64,000 bases of DNA from Phyllobates terribilis. Lineage: Eukaryota. The position numbers were made by a program, and so were the translations under genes. The notes under the pieces are model-generated. The model searched no databases. It was not told the DNA's origin and saw only the letters and a list, made by a program, of their open reading frames with translations. Below, piece by piece: positions 49,100 to 61,348 of this stretch (positions within the stretch are counted from its first letter, which is position 1; every line of letters begins with the position of its first letter). The DNA lies in assembly GCF_046119375.1 (NCBI RefSeq), contig NW_027362764.1, forward strand, positions 415,896,001 through 415,960,000. The letters are read 5' to 3'.

Positions 49100-50729
49100 C
49101 AGTACAGACCAAAAGTTTGGACACACCTTCTCATTTAAAGATTTTTCTGCATTTTCATAACTATGAAAATTGTACATTCCCACCGAAGGCATCAAAACTA
49201 TGAATTAACACATGTGGAATTATATATTTAACAAAAAAGTGTGAAACAACTGAAAGTATGTCTTATATTCTAGGTTCTTCAAAGTAGCCACCTTTTGCTT
49301 TGATGACTGCTTTGCATACTCTTGGCATTCTCTTGATGAGCTTCAAGTGGAAGTCACCGGAAATGGTTTTCACTTCACAGGTGTGCCCTGTCAGGTTTAA
49401 TAAGTGGGATTTCTTGCCTTATAAATGGGGTTGGGACCATCAGTTGTGTTGTGCAGAAGTCTGGTGGATACACAGCTGATAGTCCTACTGAATAGACTGT
49501 TAGAATTTGTATTATGGCAAGAAAAAAGCAGCTAAGTAAAGAAAAACGAGTGGCCATCATTACTTTAAGAAATGAAGGTCAGTCAGTCCGAAAAATTGGG
49601 AAAATTTTGAAAGTGTCCCCAAATGCAGTTGCAAAGACCATCAAGCGCTACAAAGAAACTGGCTCACATGAGGACAGCCCCAGGAAAGGAAGACCAAGAG
49701 TCACCTCTGCTTCTGAGGATAAGTTTATCCGAGTCACCAGCCTCAGAAATCGCAGGTTAACAGCAGCTCAGATTAGAGGCCAGGTCACTGCCACACAGAG
49801 TTCTGGCAGCAGACACATCTCTACAACAACTGTTAAGAGGAGACTTTGTGCAGCAGGCCTTCATGGTAAAATAACTGCTAGGAAACCACTGCTAAGGACA
49901 GGCAACAAGCAGAAGAGACTTGTTTGGGCTAAAGAACACAAGGAATGGACATTAGACCAGTGGAAATCTGTGCTTTGGTCTGATGAGTCCAAATTTGAGA
50001 TCTTTGGTTCCAACCACCGTGTCTTTGTGCGACGCAGAAAAGGTGAATGGATGGACTCTACATGCCTGGTTCCCACCGTGAAGCATGGAGGAGGAGGTGT
50101 GATGGTGTGGGGGTGCTTTGCTGGTGAAACTGTTGGGGATTTATTCAAAATTGAAGGCATACTGAACCAGCATGGCTACCACAGCATCTTGCAGCGGCAT
50201 GCTATTCCATCTGGTTTGCGTTTAGTTGGACCATCATTTATTTTTCAACAGGACAATGACCCCAAACACACCTCCAGGCTGTATAAGGGCTATTTGACCA
50301 AGAAGGAGAGTGATGGGGTGCTACGCCAGATGACCCGGCCTCCACAGTCACCAGACCTGAACCCAATCGAGATGGTTTGGGGTGAGCTGGACCGCAGAGT
50401 GAAGGCAAAAGGGCCAACAAGTGCTAAGCATCTCTGGGAACTCCTTTAAGATTGTCGGAAGACCATTTCCGGTGACTACCACTTGAAGCTCATCAAGAGA
50501 ATGGCAAGAGTGTGCAAAGCAGTCATCAAAGCAAAAGGTGGCTACTTTGAAGAACCTAGAATATAACACATATTTTCAGTCGTTTCACACTTTTTTGTTA
50601 AGTATATAATTCCACATGTGTTAATTCATAGTTTTGATGCCTTCAGTGTGAATGTACAATTTTCAAAGTGATGAAAATACAGAAAAATCTTTAAATGAGA
50701 AGGTGTGTCCAAACTTTTGGCCTGTACTG
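49100..50729 (+). mobile_element. Tc1 family A, full length
   Basis: TA flanks and long TIRs. Confidence 0.95.
49514..50449 (+). CDS. Tc1 transposase, near-intact (one premature stop about 28 codons early)
   Basis: 311 aa with HTH, WSDESK, QQDNDPKH and SPDLNPIE; TAA at 50447 replaces the CAA seen in other copies. Confidence 0.85.
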   Translation: MARKKQLSKEKRVAIITLRNEGQSVRKIGKILKVSPNAVAKTIKRYKETGSHEDSPRKGRPRVTSASEDKFIRVTSLRNRRLTAAQIRGQVTATQSSGSRHISTTTVKRRLCAAGLHGKITARKPLLRTGNKQKRLVWAKEHKEWTLDQWKSVLWSDESKFEIFGSNHRVFVRRRKGEWMDSTCLVPTVKHGGGGVMVWGCFAGETVGDLFKIEGILNQHGYHSILQRHAIPSGLRLVGPSFIFQQDNDPKHTSRLYKGYLTKKESDGVLRQMTRPPQSPDLNPIEMVWGELDRRVKAKGPTSAKHLWELL

Positions 50730-52698
50730 TATATATTTTTTTAAGTTACAAAAAGGAAAATGGGCCAAAGCAAAAGTGTGGACACCTTTGAAAATTTGTG
50801 TTCAGATAACTTTGACCAAGGTTTCAGACTTTAAAGCGCACTTGTCAGCAGGATTGTGCTTAGTAAACTACATACACTGTCAGGTGGGGGCCATTATACT
50901 TCGGCAAGCGATAGCAGCAGGCGCCATTTTGCTAGAGGAGAAATAAATTTGCCTGCAACAATATGACTCCCACTGCCCTCGCTTGCTCAGTAGCATTTCT
51001 CGATTGCCGAGACGCTACTGCCCATGCGCTTTGCCATATTGCTGCACCCACAATCTTTTTCCAAAAGCAAATGACTAGCCCAGGGGATGGGGATGACTCG
51101 GTACCCGGCCTTTGCCTGGCCTTGGGGATGTCGCGGTGGTCGGCTCCCGGTCCCGTACCCTGGGGTCACTTTTTAAAAGGGTGGATAATTTGTTAATTTT
51201 ATGAAAGTTCGTGACGCCACCTGTGGTTTCTGGTGAGAAGCACCAGCGCTGCGGCAGTTCACTGAGGCCGGTGATAAGGCAGCTTGATGGTATAGCTCCC
51301 CACAGGTGGAGCTTGGCCTCAGGGCAGCGTATGCAGAGGGGATGCAGGACAGAGGGGACCCAGACGGGTCAGAGCAAGAACAGGGACAGACACGATAGTC
51401 ACTTCAGTACCTTTTACTGATGGAAAATTAGGCACATCCCGAAGCGCTGTAGGGTGAAGGGTGCATATCAGGATCCTCCCCAATAAGCGGGTGTAGGGCC
51501 TCCTGTTTCTTGCCTCTGCGTAGTAAGTTTCTGACCTGCCTGGAGCTAGGCCTAACTTTGTCTCTGTCCTGCGCTGGCTGACCTTGTGGTAGGGCCTTTT
51601 CTTGGAGTACACGCTCCTCAGCTTGCGGGGCCTATGTGTCTCCTGGCTCTTTTACGTATCAGCGCTTTAGCGATCCGGGGACTTGTAGTTCTCCAGGGAT
51701 TCCGGTTATGCCTTACTGGGTCGTAGAGATCCCGGTAAACTTCGGACCCGGTGTCCAGTAAATTCTTGAGGGTGAGCTAGTTAAGCTCCTCTGCCCCCTA
51801 TGTACTAACTCACCACTCGCCTTCGGCCTACTCGGGCCCTCACTAGGCTATACACACTAACGGCAGCTTGCCGCGCTTCACCGATCTTATGGCGCCGGCA
51901 CACCTAAAGCTCCCTATTCTGAGCTACAAATGAGTCTGGACTGTGCTCCACTGCAGACTGACCTCTCTCAGGCTTCTCTACTGCAGGAACTCTCTCAACA
52001 GACTTGGCTCTCTGTCGATTCCAGACTGAACTGCCTGGCTCCACCTTCCCTATTTATATCCCTATCGGGCTCCCTCTGCTGGTCTGAGTTGGAAGGTGGA
52101 GATGTATGAATGTTTATGGGGGCCTCTTGTGGAGGAATCCATCAATGCACACTTCCAGGATCTGTGATACCAATCGCAGCTGGGCGTCACATTCCCCCCT
52201 AGCAAAGCTCAGCACTCCCAGGCTGAAGTACATTTTAAAACAACAACAATAGGAAACATGAACAATCTTCCCTTTATGGGAGGCACCAATCTTAAACGTT
52301 GCATAACAATAACAAATACAAAGTGTCCTCAGAGTTCAAGTCTCCTGTGGTGAGGTTCCCAGACAGGATGTCCATCTCACAGGGTAGAGTACTTGGTGGT
52401 TTGAGGGACCTCTCCCAAACCCTCATCGTAGGTCCTGGGGTGGCTGCAGGGCATGAAGATCCAGAGTTGGACCTCCAAGAGAGCCACTCCAGACAGGTTT
52501 TCCTTCTGAGGTCACCTAGAGGGGCACTCCAGGGAGCGCAATTATATACAAAAGCAGTTTTGATAAGAAATTGATAAGGTAAAGGGTCCATGTGCTTGAA
52601 CTGTTCAATAATAAAGCAAAACACAAAGTAATATACATATGCATGAAAATACACAATAATACAGTATAATCATACACAATACCCCAGGGGTAACTATC

Positions 52699-55600
52699 CT
52701 ACTGTGTGTATCTGACAGGGGGTCTACCTCGCGTGCTACGTGTTGATCTGCATAGTGCGGTGGTCTGTGGGGTATCAGAGTCTGCATTGTTAGTTACTCT
52801 ACCAGTTCTACGTGTAACCATATTGTAAAACTGCCTTAACCTCTCTCTGGGACTGGCAAGTTCACCATTGGCTGGGCCCTCTTGCTCTGCTCCTACCAGG
52901 GATCCTTCGTCCAGGGATACTTCTTGAGCTGGCTCTTCTGCAGCACTTACAGGTTCAACTTGCTGTGGAGGGTTTTCTGGCTGTTCGTAGAATTGGAGTA
53001 CTGGGATGATTACTGCTCCTCCTATTTGAGGCCAATCTGCCGGGAAATCTCCTAAGTCAGTGTGGATCACTGCTTCTTTAGGCTCTTCCAGTACAGTAAG
53101 AGGCACTTCTTCTTGGGGTTTTAGTAGGTCTGGACACAACTTTAGGTGGTCCATGGACACTGTTGCAGACGTTCTTCCTCCATTTTGACTGATTAAGCAG
53201 GTCTTCCTATTATCGAATCCTGAATTCAACACAGTGTAGGGTTCTTTTTTCCACTGGTCGTCAAGTTTGTGATTTCGTCTTTTCCTTTTCAATACTGTTT
53301 CACCAGGTGTGAAAGGTTCTGCGTTTTTGTTGTAGTGCGCTTCCTGCTTTTCTCTCACCCGAGTGAGACTGTCCTCGACACAGGCTTGTACTCTCCTGTA
53401 CTGCTCTTGTCTGGTCTTGTCCCAGTCCTCAGTGGTCATATCAGCTTCAGGCTCAACAACACCAAGCTCCAGGTCCATGGGCAGCTTTCCTGGCCTTGCC
53501 CGCATGAGATATGCCGGAGTGCAATTGGTGGAACTTACTGGTATATGATTATACAGATCTACTAAATCAGGCAGTAGGTCTGGCCACTGATTTCTCTTCT
53601 CAAGTGGTATGGTCTTTAGCAGGTCGATGATGATGTTGTTCATCTTTTCGCAGAGACCGTTGGTTTGTGGGTGGTACGGTGTAGTTCTGATCTTTTTACA
53701 ACCGTATAGATGGCAGAACTCCTTGAACAACTTAGCCTCAAAGGCCGGGCCTTGGTCCGTCAGCACCTGCTCAGGATAACCATGGGGTCTGCAAAAGTAC
53801 GCTTGGAACGTCTTTGCTGCTGTCTCTGCCGTCAGGTCTTTGACGGGGGCGACCACCAGGAAACGTGAGTAGTGATCCACCATGGTCAGAGCGTAGGAGT
53901 ACCCTGACCTGCTGGGTGACAATTTGACATGGTCCAGGGCCACGATCTCCAGGGGCCGAGTCGTCTTGATAGATTGCAGGGGTGACTTCTGGCTACTGTA
54001 GTCTTTTCTTCTGAGGCTACAGGGTTCACAGTCTCGGCACCACCGTTCAATGGAGCTGCGCATTCCTACCCAGTAGGGTAGGAATGCGCAGGGTCTCTAG
54101 CAGGGTCTCAGCAGGGTCTCTAGCTTTTTCCAGCCAAAGTGCCCCGCCTGATCGTGGTAAGCTTCTAATACCATCTGGATGTCTGTCTTCGGGACCACTA
54201 TCTGCCATACCATCTCATGGGTTTTTGGATTGACGTACCTCTGGCACAGCTTCTCACGGTAGATAAACAGCAGGCTTCTCTCGTTCCACAGCTGCTTTGC
54301 TTGGAGAGACGCTTCCTTCTCCAGGGAGGAACCTTCTTGGGTTATCAGCTCCTTGATGCGGCTGACAACCGGGTCACTGTCCTGGGTCTCTTTCCAGCTG
54401 TGGTGAGGCAGGGGGTTTAACGTCTTCCCAAGCTGCTTCCTGGAGGCTCATTGCTCGTTTATTATCCCATTCCGGTGAAAGGCAGGTAGCTCTATCTCTT
54501 CCAGGTCATCCACTTCTTCTTCTGTGTCTGACTGGTGAGGCATCCTGGACAGGGCATCGGCGTTGGCATTCTTGCGGCCCGCCCGGTATTTAATTGTAAA
54601 TTGGTAATTTGACAGCCGAGCCATCCATCGTTGTTCCAGTGCCCCGAGCTTAGCTGTTTCAAGATGGGTCAAGGGGTTGTTATCAGTGAAGGCAGTGAAC
54701 TTGCTGGAGGCCAGGTAGAGCTTGAACCTTTCAGTGATGGCCCAGACCAAGGCCAGGAACTACAACTTGAAGCTGCTATAGTTCTCTGGGTTTCTCTCGG
54801 TCGGGTGGAGCTTCCTGCTTGCGTATGCGATCACTTTCTCTTGGCCATTCTGCTTCTGACTTAGAACAGCGCCCAGCCCTTCGTTGCTGGCATCTGTATA
54901 CAGCAGGAACGGTTGGCTGTAGTCAGGGTAGGCTAGGATCTCATCACCTGTCTGGATCTCCTTCATCTCCTGAAATGACTTGGCTTGCTCCATACCCCAG
55001 TGGAATGGGGGATTTCTGCCTTTGGGGGACTGCCCTACCAGGAGGTCTTGCAGAGGAGCTGCTTTCTTAGTGTAGTCTTTTACAAACCTTCGGTAGTATC
55101 CTACTAGTCCCAAGAACTGACGCACCTCCTTGAGGTTCTTCGGCTCTGGCCACTTCTGGATGGCAGTGACTTTCTCCAGGTCTGGTGCTACCCCTTCCGG
55201 ACTGACAATGTGCCCCAGGTACTGTACCTTTCTCTTGAGCAAGTGGCACTTTGAGGGCTTCAACTTCATCCCGTACCGGGACAGTGACTCAAATACCTCT
55301 GCCAGGTGCTTCAAGTGGTCCTCGTACATCTTAGAGTACACTATCACATCGTCCAGGTAAAGTAACACAGTCTCGAAGTTGCGGTGTCCCAGGCAGCACT
55401 CCATCAATCTCTGGAACGTTCCAGGGGCATTGCAGAGTCCAAACGGCATACTGTTGAACTCGCAGAGTCCCATCGGGGTTGTGAAGGCCGTCTTCTCCCG
55501 ATCCTCCTCAGCCACAGCTACTTGCCAGTACCCACTAGTGAGGTCAAGGGTGGAAAAGTAATTTGCAGACTTTAAGGCAGCTAGGGACTCCTCTATGCGT

Positions 55601-56859
55601 GGTAAAGGGTATGCATCTTTATGTGTAATGCGATTTACTTGACGGTAATCTACACACATTCTCATGCTCCCGTCCTTTTTCCTAACTAGCACTAGGGGAG
55701 CTGCCCAGGGACTACAACTAGCCCTTATTACTCCCGCCTTTCTCATGTCATGCAGCATTTCCTTAGCCTTCTAGTAGTGAGCTGGTGGTATAGGCCGGTA
55801 ACGTTCTTTGATTGGGGGATGGTCGCCTGTGGGGATATGATGTTGAACCCCCTTAATCCTCCCGAAATCAAGTGGATGTTTACTGAACACCTGTGCGTAT
55901 TCTTGAACCACCCGGTGTACACCCTGTTTTTGATGGGTAGGAGTGGTGTCTGTCCCAACATGGAGCCTTTGACACCAATCCTCCACCTGGGTTGCAGGGT
56001 CATTATCCTCCACTTTGTCTGGTGAAGTTAAGGACTCCGCCTCGTGAATGCAGTTGTTATTGACAGCATGTAATTTGGCAGCAGTGGCATAACATGGCAA
56101 TCTGACCTCATCTTCCCCAATATTGAGAAGGCAGACGGGCACCCTCCCATTGCGTACATCTACCACTCCCCTGGCGGTTAAGAGCGTGGGTCTGTGCTCG
56201 GAGCAAAGGAGTTCTACTACCGCCTGGTAGCTCTGTCCTCTAAGACCTATAGCAGCTCTACACCAGATGAGCATTTCACTCATTGGGGGGATGACAATGG
56301 GTATTGAGTCCGTCACCCGCACGTTACCGATTTTACCGTCTGTTAACCTTACTTGCTGTTGATACATCAGGACTCGGATCTCTTTCTGCAGTGCCCTCCT
56401 CTGTCTTGGTCTGGCAGTGTCAGCTATCTGTTGGAGCAAGAACACAACCTCTCCCAAACAGTTACCAACAATGTTAGTGCCTAGTACCATATACGGATTG
56501 GTGTCATCAGGATTAGTCTCTACTACAATTAGCCCCTGGTCCTTCAGCTCCACTCTCCCCACCTTTACAGTCACATTCTTAACCCCGATTAGGTTAAGGG
56601 GGAGTCCGTTTGAGGCATAAACAGAAAGATTTGGAGCTGGCGGACGTAGGTCATCCATGGACCAGAACCTCTTGTAGAGGTCAGGCATGATGGTTACCTG
56701 AGATCCTGTGTCCAGCAGGGCGTGCGTCGGGATCCCGTCCAGTACAATGGACAGGAAAGGTCTTCCTCCGACGAACCTGTTGTACCAGTCTGATGGGCCT
56801 GGTGAATTTACTCCTGGGTGTCGGCCCTCGGACTCAGGGTTTTCTCGTTTAAAGGACAA
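52699..56859 (-). pseudogene. pol: protease (LDTGS), RT (YLDD), RNase H, integrase with long C-terminal tail
   Basis: ORF pieces 55771-56859, 54760-55758, 54448-54750 and 52699-54063; in-frame stops at about 55771 and 54760, frameshift near 54100. Confidence 0.92.
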
Positions 56860-57869
56860 TTCTGGGCGGTGTGTCCGGTCTTACGGCAGCGGTAGCAGGT
56901 AGGGTCCTTCGGCGGACGGCGCTGGTCACTGGTCCTTGTAGAGGGTGGTGTCGGACTCCTCCTCCTTCGCATCCAGGGGACATCCTCAGGGCTATCGGCT
57001 AACAGGATTTTCCCTCCTTCCTTGGGCTCCATCCGCAGCTGCAGAGCACTCAGCACGGTGGTCAGGGTTTTGCTCAACTGACGCACCTCAGAGTGCAGAC
57101 TGTCCAGCTCTCTAGGGGACGTTGCTGGAACCTTGGCTTCAGCAGCCACTGGGGAAAAGGTGGGTGTAGCAGGCACTGGGGTAGTCCCACCCTGGTAACA
57201 TTGGATGGCATTTGTTTCCAGGGTCTGAAGTCCTTTTATAGCCATGTCCTTCAGATTATCAAAGGTGGCATCTGGGTGATCCAAGGACCACCAACGTACA
57301 GTCCTGCTCTCCTCTGGAGACCTCAGTTCCCGGACAAACTGGTCCTTTAGCATTTTGTTCTCATTTTCAATGCTGGTCGGACTAACCTGTTTCAGAGCCC
57401 GCAGGGCCCCTTGTAGACGCCAGGCGTAGTCCTGAACGTTGTCCTCCGGTTGTTGAGAACAGTTGTAGAACCTCATCTGGAGGTCCGCCTCAGTATGATC
57501 CTCAAACACAGTCTGTAGCTTTTGAAATATTGTGGACACTGACTCCTGGTCTGCGGCTGACCATGTTTCCACTTCCCGTTCCGCAGCACCGGTCAGTTGT
57601 CCTAATACAACAGCGGCCCTTTGCTTGACTGTCATAGAGTACATGTCCAAGATACCGCATATCTTCCGTTTGAATCCAGACAGGGTATCTGGTTTGCCGT
57701 TGTACTGGGGGAGCCACTTTGCTCCAGGAATGTACGGTAGAGTTATTGGAATGACAGGGGTTACAGGCGCTGCTGGTGGAGCGACTGCCTCGGCCTGCCC
57801 GGCGTCGGGCGCGGGTTGAACATCAGGAATGTTGGCCTGCATGTCGGCGTTCTGCTGTTCGTCGGACAT
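56808..57869 (-). CDS. Gag (PNMA-like capsid, CCHC knuckle)
   Basis: 353-aa open ORF with CYRCRKTGHTAQNC. Confidence 0.85.
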   Translation of the reverse strand: MSDEQQNADMQANIPDVQPAPDAGQAEAVAPPAAPVTPVIPITLPYIPGAKWLPQYNGKPDTLSGFKRKICGILDMYSMTVKQRAAVVLGQLTGAAEREVETWSAADQESVSTIFQKLQTVFEDHTEADLQMRFYNCSQQPEDNVQDYAWRLQGALRALKQVSPTSIENENKMLKDQFVRELRSPEESRTVRWWSLDHPDATFDNLKDMAIKGLQTLETNAIQCYQGGTTPVPATPTFSPVAAEAKVPATSPRELDSLHSEVRQLSKTLTTVLSALQLRMEPKEGGKILLADSPEDVPWMRRRRSPTPPSTRTSDQRRPPKDPTCYRCRKTGHTAQNCPLNEKTLSPRADTQE

Positions 57870-58233
57870 TCTGGCGCCCCCCTAGCTAACCGTGGCCTAC
57901 CTTCTATTCTTTTCTTCCGGTAGGCCGCAGCTCCGCAGGTGACGGTCGTCTTCAGGACCTTGCGTCGCTTGCGTCCTACGTCAGAGCGTTCAGCAACGCT
58001 CCTTACAGGACCTGGCGCTTCCTGGTTTGACGTCGAGGCGTGGGGCGTGTCCGGGGCTTCGTTCTCTTTTGCAGGTACGCCCCTCATTTTCCCGCGGTTA
58101 CTCCCTTCTTCTCGCTCGGCGGCCCAACAATGGTGGCAATCTTCACCACAGTTAAAACACACAGTTTCTGATTAAAGGCGCACAGTACCCGGTGGCAACG
58201 GACGCAACACTCCGTCGTTGCAGCGGGCACGGG

Positions 58234-58251
58234 ATCCTGTTCGTGACGCCA
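58234..58251 (-). promoter_or_regulatory. Primer-binding site, probably tRNA-Ser(CGA)
   Basis: TGGCGTCACGAACAGGAT, 7 nt after the 5' LTR; complementary to the vertebrate tRNA-Ser(CGA) 3' end as I recall it (not database-checked). Confidence 0.7.
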
Positions 58252-60497
58252 GAAAAGATGACTAGTCCAGGGGATGGGGATGATTCGGTACCCGAGCCTT
58301 TGCCTGGCCTTGGGGATGTCGCGGTGGTCAGCTCCTGGGCCCGTACCCTGGGGTCACTCTTTAAAAGGGTGGATAATTTGTAAATTTTATGAAAGTTCGT
58401 GACGCCACCTGTGGTTTCTGGTGAGAAGCACCAGCGCTGCGGCAGTCCACTGAGGCCGGTGATAAGGCAGCTCGATGGTATAGCTCCCCACTGGTGGAGC
58501 TTGGCCTCAGGGCAGCGTATGCAGAGTTTTATGCAGGACAGAGGGGACCCAGCCGGGTCAGAGCAAGAACAGGGACAGACACGATAGTCACTTCAGTACC
58601 TTTTACTGATGGAAAATCAGGCACATCCCGGAGCGCTGTAGGGTGAGGGGTGCATATCAGGATCCTCCCCAATGAGCGGGTGTAGGGCCTCCTGTTTCTT
58701 GCCTCTGCGTAGTAAGTTTCTGACCTGCCTGGAGCTAGGCCTAACTTTGTCTCTGTCCTGCGCTGGCTGACCTTGTGGTAGGGCCTTTTCTTGGAGTACA
58801 CGCTCCTCAGCTTGTGGGGCCTATGTGTCTCCCGGCTCTGTTACGTATCAGCGCTTTAGTGATCCCGGGACTTGTAGTTCTCCAGGGATTTCGGTTATGC
58901 CTTACTGGGTCGTAGAGATCCCAGTAAGCTTCGGACCCAGTGTCCGGTAAATTCTTTGGGGTGAGCTAGTTAAGCTCCTCTGCCCCCTATGTACTAACTC
59001 TCCACTCGCCTTCGGCCTACTCGGGCCCTCACTAGGCTATACACAATAACGGCAGCTTGCTGCGCTTCACCGATCTTATGGCGCCGGCACACCTAAAGCT
59101 CCCTATTCTGAGCTACAAATGAGTCTGGACTGAACTCCACTGCAGACTGACCTCTCTCAGGCTTCTCTACTGCAGGAACTCTCTCAACAGACTTGGCTCT
59201 CTGTCGACTCCAGACTGAACTGCCTGGCTCCACCTTCCCTATTTATATCCCTAACGGGCTCCCTCTGCTGGTCTGAGGTGGAAGGTGGAGATGTATGAAT
59301 GTTTATGGGGGCCTCTTGTGGAGGAATCCATCAATGCACACTTCCAGGATCTGTGATACCAAGCGCAGCTTGGCGTCACACAAAATGGCGCCCACACGTG
59401 CGCAGTAGCATGTCTCGGCAACCAAAAGTTGCTACTGCGCATGCACGGGCATCGGATGGCCATTTGGGGATATGTAAATTTCACATGGGCAGAGAAATTA
59501 AACAGGCAATATTTCAAATAGTAGGCAGGTCACTGAAAGCACAGTGAGCTGTCAGAGGCCAGAGATAGGAATACACAAATACATAATGAGAGCACATGCA
59601 TATCATTATGGCAGAACTGAATCTAAAGATTATAAAAGAACCGCTGGACGGATTTCATCATCAAAGGTATCATTTTACTCAGTGCAATGGCGCCCACCAG
59701 ACAGTGTATGTAGCTTACTAAGCACAATCCTGCTTACAGGTGCGCTTTAATTAGCTTGTTAGGGTTATGGCTTGTTCACTATCATCGTTACGAAATGCCA
59801 GGTGATACAAATTTCCTAGCTTTATAAAAACCCAGTCTCTTCTAATCTTGTGCCAAAAAACAGCAGGCATGGGTTTTTCTAAGCAGCTGCCTAGAACTCT
59901 AAAAATGAAAATGGTGGAGGCCCACAGAGCAGGAGAAGGCCATAAGAAGATAGCGACTCGTTTTCAAGCTACCCTTTTCTCAGTTTGAAATGTAATTAAG
60001 AAATAACATTTAACAGGAGCAATGAAGGTCAAGATAAGGTCTGGAAGATCAAGCAAAATTTCAGTGAGAGCTGCCCGTACGATTGCTAAAGAGGCAAATC
60101 AGAACCCCACTTGACTGCAAAAGACCTTCAGAAACATTTAGCAGACTCTGGAGTTGTGGCACCTCGTGATCATTTGATCACTGAGCAGGAGGAGGAAGCA
60201 CTATCAGCCCTTCCTAACCTATATACACAGTTCTTATTCAGCACTGTGTATATAGAAATCAGAATGGTAGAGATGATAATAATCATCTCTGCCTTCTCTA
60301 TGGGGAATTTGGCTCTGTCTGACATCTGGCCCCTTGCTTCCACAGCTGCTCGACCTTATGCAACTGCCTACTATGCAGTGACATTTTAGAACATCACTGC
60401 AGAGGAAGATGCGGATTACCCAAACGTTTAAAGTCTATGCAATAAAAAAAACGGATGGATAGGAAAGGTGTTCTCTAGTGCAATACTGTTAGGTTAA

Positions 60498-60694
60498 GGC
60501 CATGGCCCCACTATCAGTATTTGGTCAGTATTCGGTCAGTATTTTTTCTCATGAGTGGGAGCCAAAACCAGGTGAGGAACAATCAGAAATGTGCACCAAT
60601 TCTGCATTTATCACCCACTCCTGGTTTTGGCTCCCACTCCTGAGAAAAAATACTGACCGAAAACTGACCAAATAGTGATAGTGGGGCCGTGGCC
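60498..60694. mobile_element. Tourist-like hairpin MITE
   Basis: TAA TSD; ~80-bp TIRs. Confidence 0.85.
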
Positions 60695-60980
60695 TAAAAG
60701 AGCGAGAGGAGAAGACGCATATGTTTGTTCACCTTATGAGCTATGCGAAAAAGCATAGTACAATTTTGTGTTCGCTGGCTGCTGCCTCTTTTCCCAAATG
60801 TCCCTGCATAGCGGTACGGTGGGTACAGCCAGGGCTGGCATCAACACCTGGCAAGTGCCGGGGCCCTAGAAAAACAGGGGGGGGAACCACTTGCCATTTT
60901 CTCATTAACATATTGCCTGTTGGTAAATAGAACCCCCAACTAAAGCTCTATAAAACTTAACTTTTAATAATTAAATCCTT

Positions 60981-61348
60981 ATTATAGTAGTAATTTATAT
61001 TAAAATACCAATATAGGAGCAGGTGGTAAGGACTATCAGGATTATTCAATTGGCATAACTTGTGTACCCAATAGTTATCCTATCTATTTCCATTATCTTA
61101 TGCTTGTGGCCGCGGACCACTTATTGCACTATTCCCAACCTGTCCTATTGTAAACTAAAATTATATAATTTTAGATTACAATAGGACAGGTGGGGAATAG
61201 TGCAATAAGTGGTCCGCGACCACAAGCATAAGATAATGGAAATAGATAGGATAACTATTGGGTACACAAGTTACGCCAATTGAATAATCCTGATAGTCCT
61301 TACCACCTGCTCCTATATTGGTATTTTAATATAAATTACTACTATAAT
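60981..61348. repeat. 368-bp spacerless palindrome
   Basis: Centre between 61164 and 61165 (CTAAAATTAT/ATAATTTTAG); about 4 mismatched pairs; right arm cut by the LTR at 61349. Confidence 0.93.

Larger units (their letters stand above)
51072..59380 (-). mobile_element. Full-length Ty3/Gypsy retrotransposon, tRNA-primed, inactivated by stops and a frameshift
   Basis: LTRs 51072-52191 and 58259-59380; TSD CAAA; PPT next to 52192; order gag-PR-RT-RH-IN. Confidence 0.93.
50835..59746. mobile_element. T2/Kolobok-type MITE hosting the Gypsy element
   Basis: TTAA TSD; ~60-bp TIR AGCGCAC(T/C)TGT(C/A)AGCAGGATTGTGCTTAGTAA. Confidence 0.85.
50745..60160 (+). mobile_element. Tc1 family E 5' remnant, split by MITE plus Gypsy
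   Basis: TIR-like AAAAGTGTGGACACC near 50775; after 59750, MGFSKQL..GEGHKKIA..RSGRSSKIS..NPHLTAKDLQ with stops. Confidence 0.55.

Noticed and set aside
52292-52654. Possible env-like ORF between integrase and the 3' LTR
   Set aside because: Only 120 aa, with no furin site, fusion peptide or convincing transmembrane architecture.
58234-58251. tRNA gene
   Set aside because: Only an 18-nt match including CCA next to an LTR; this is a PBS, not a tRNA locus.
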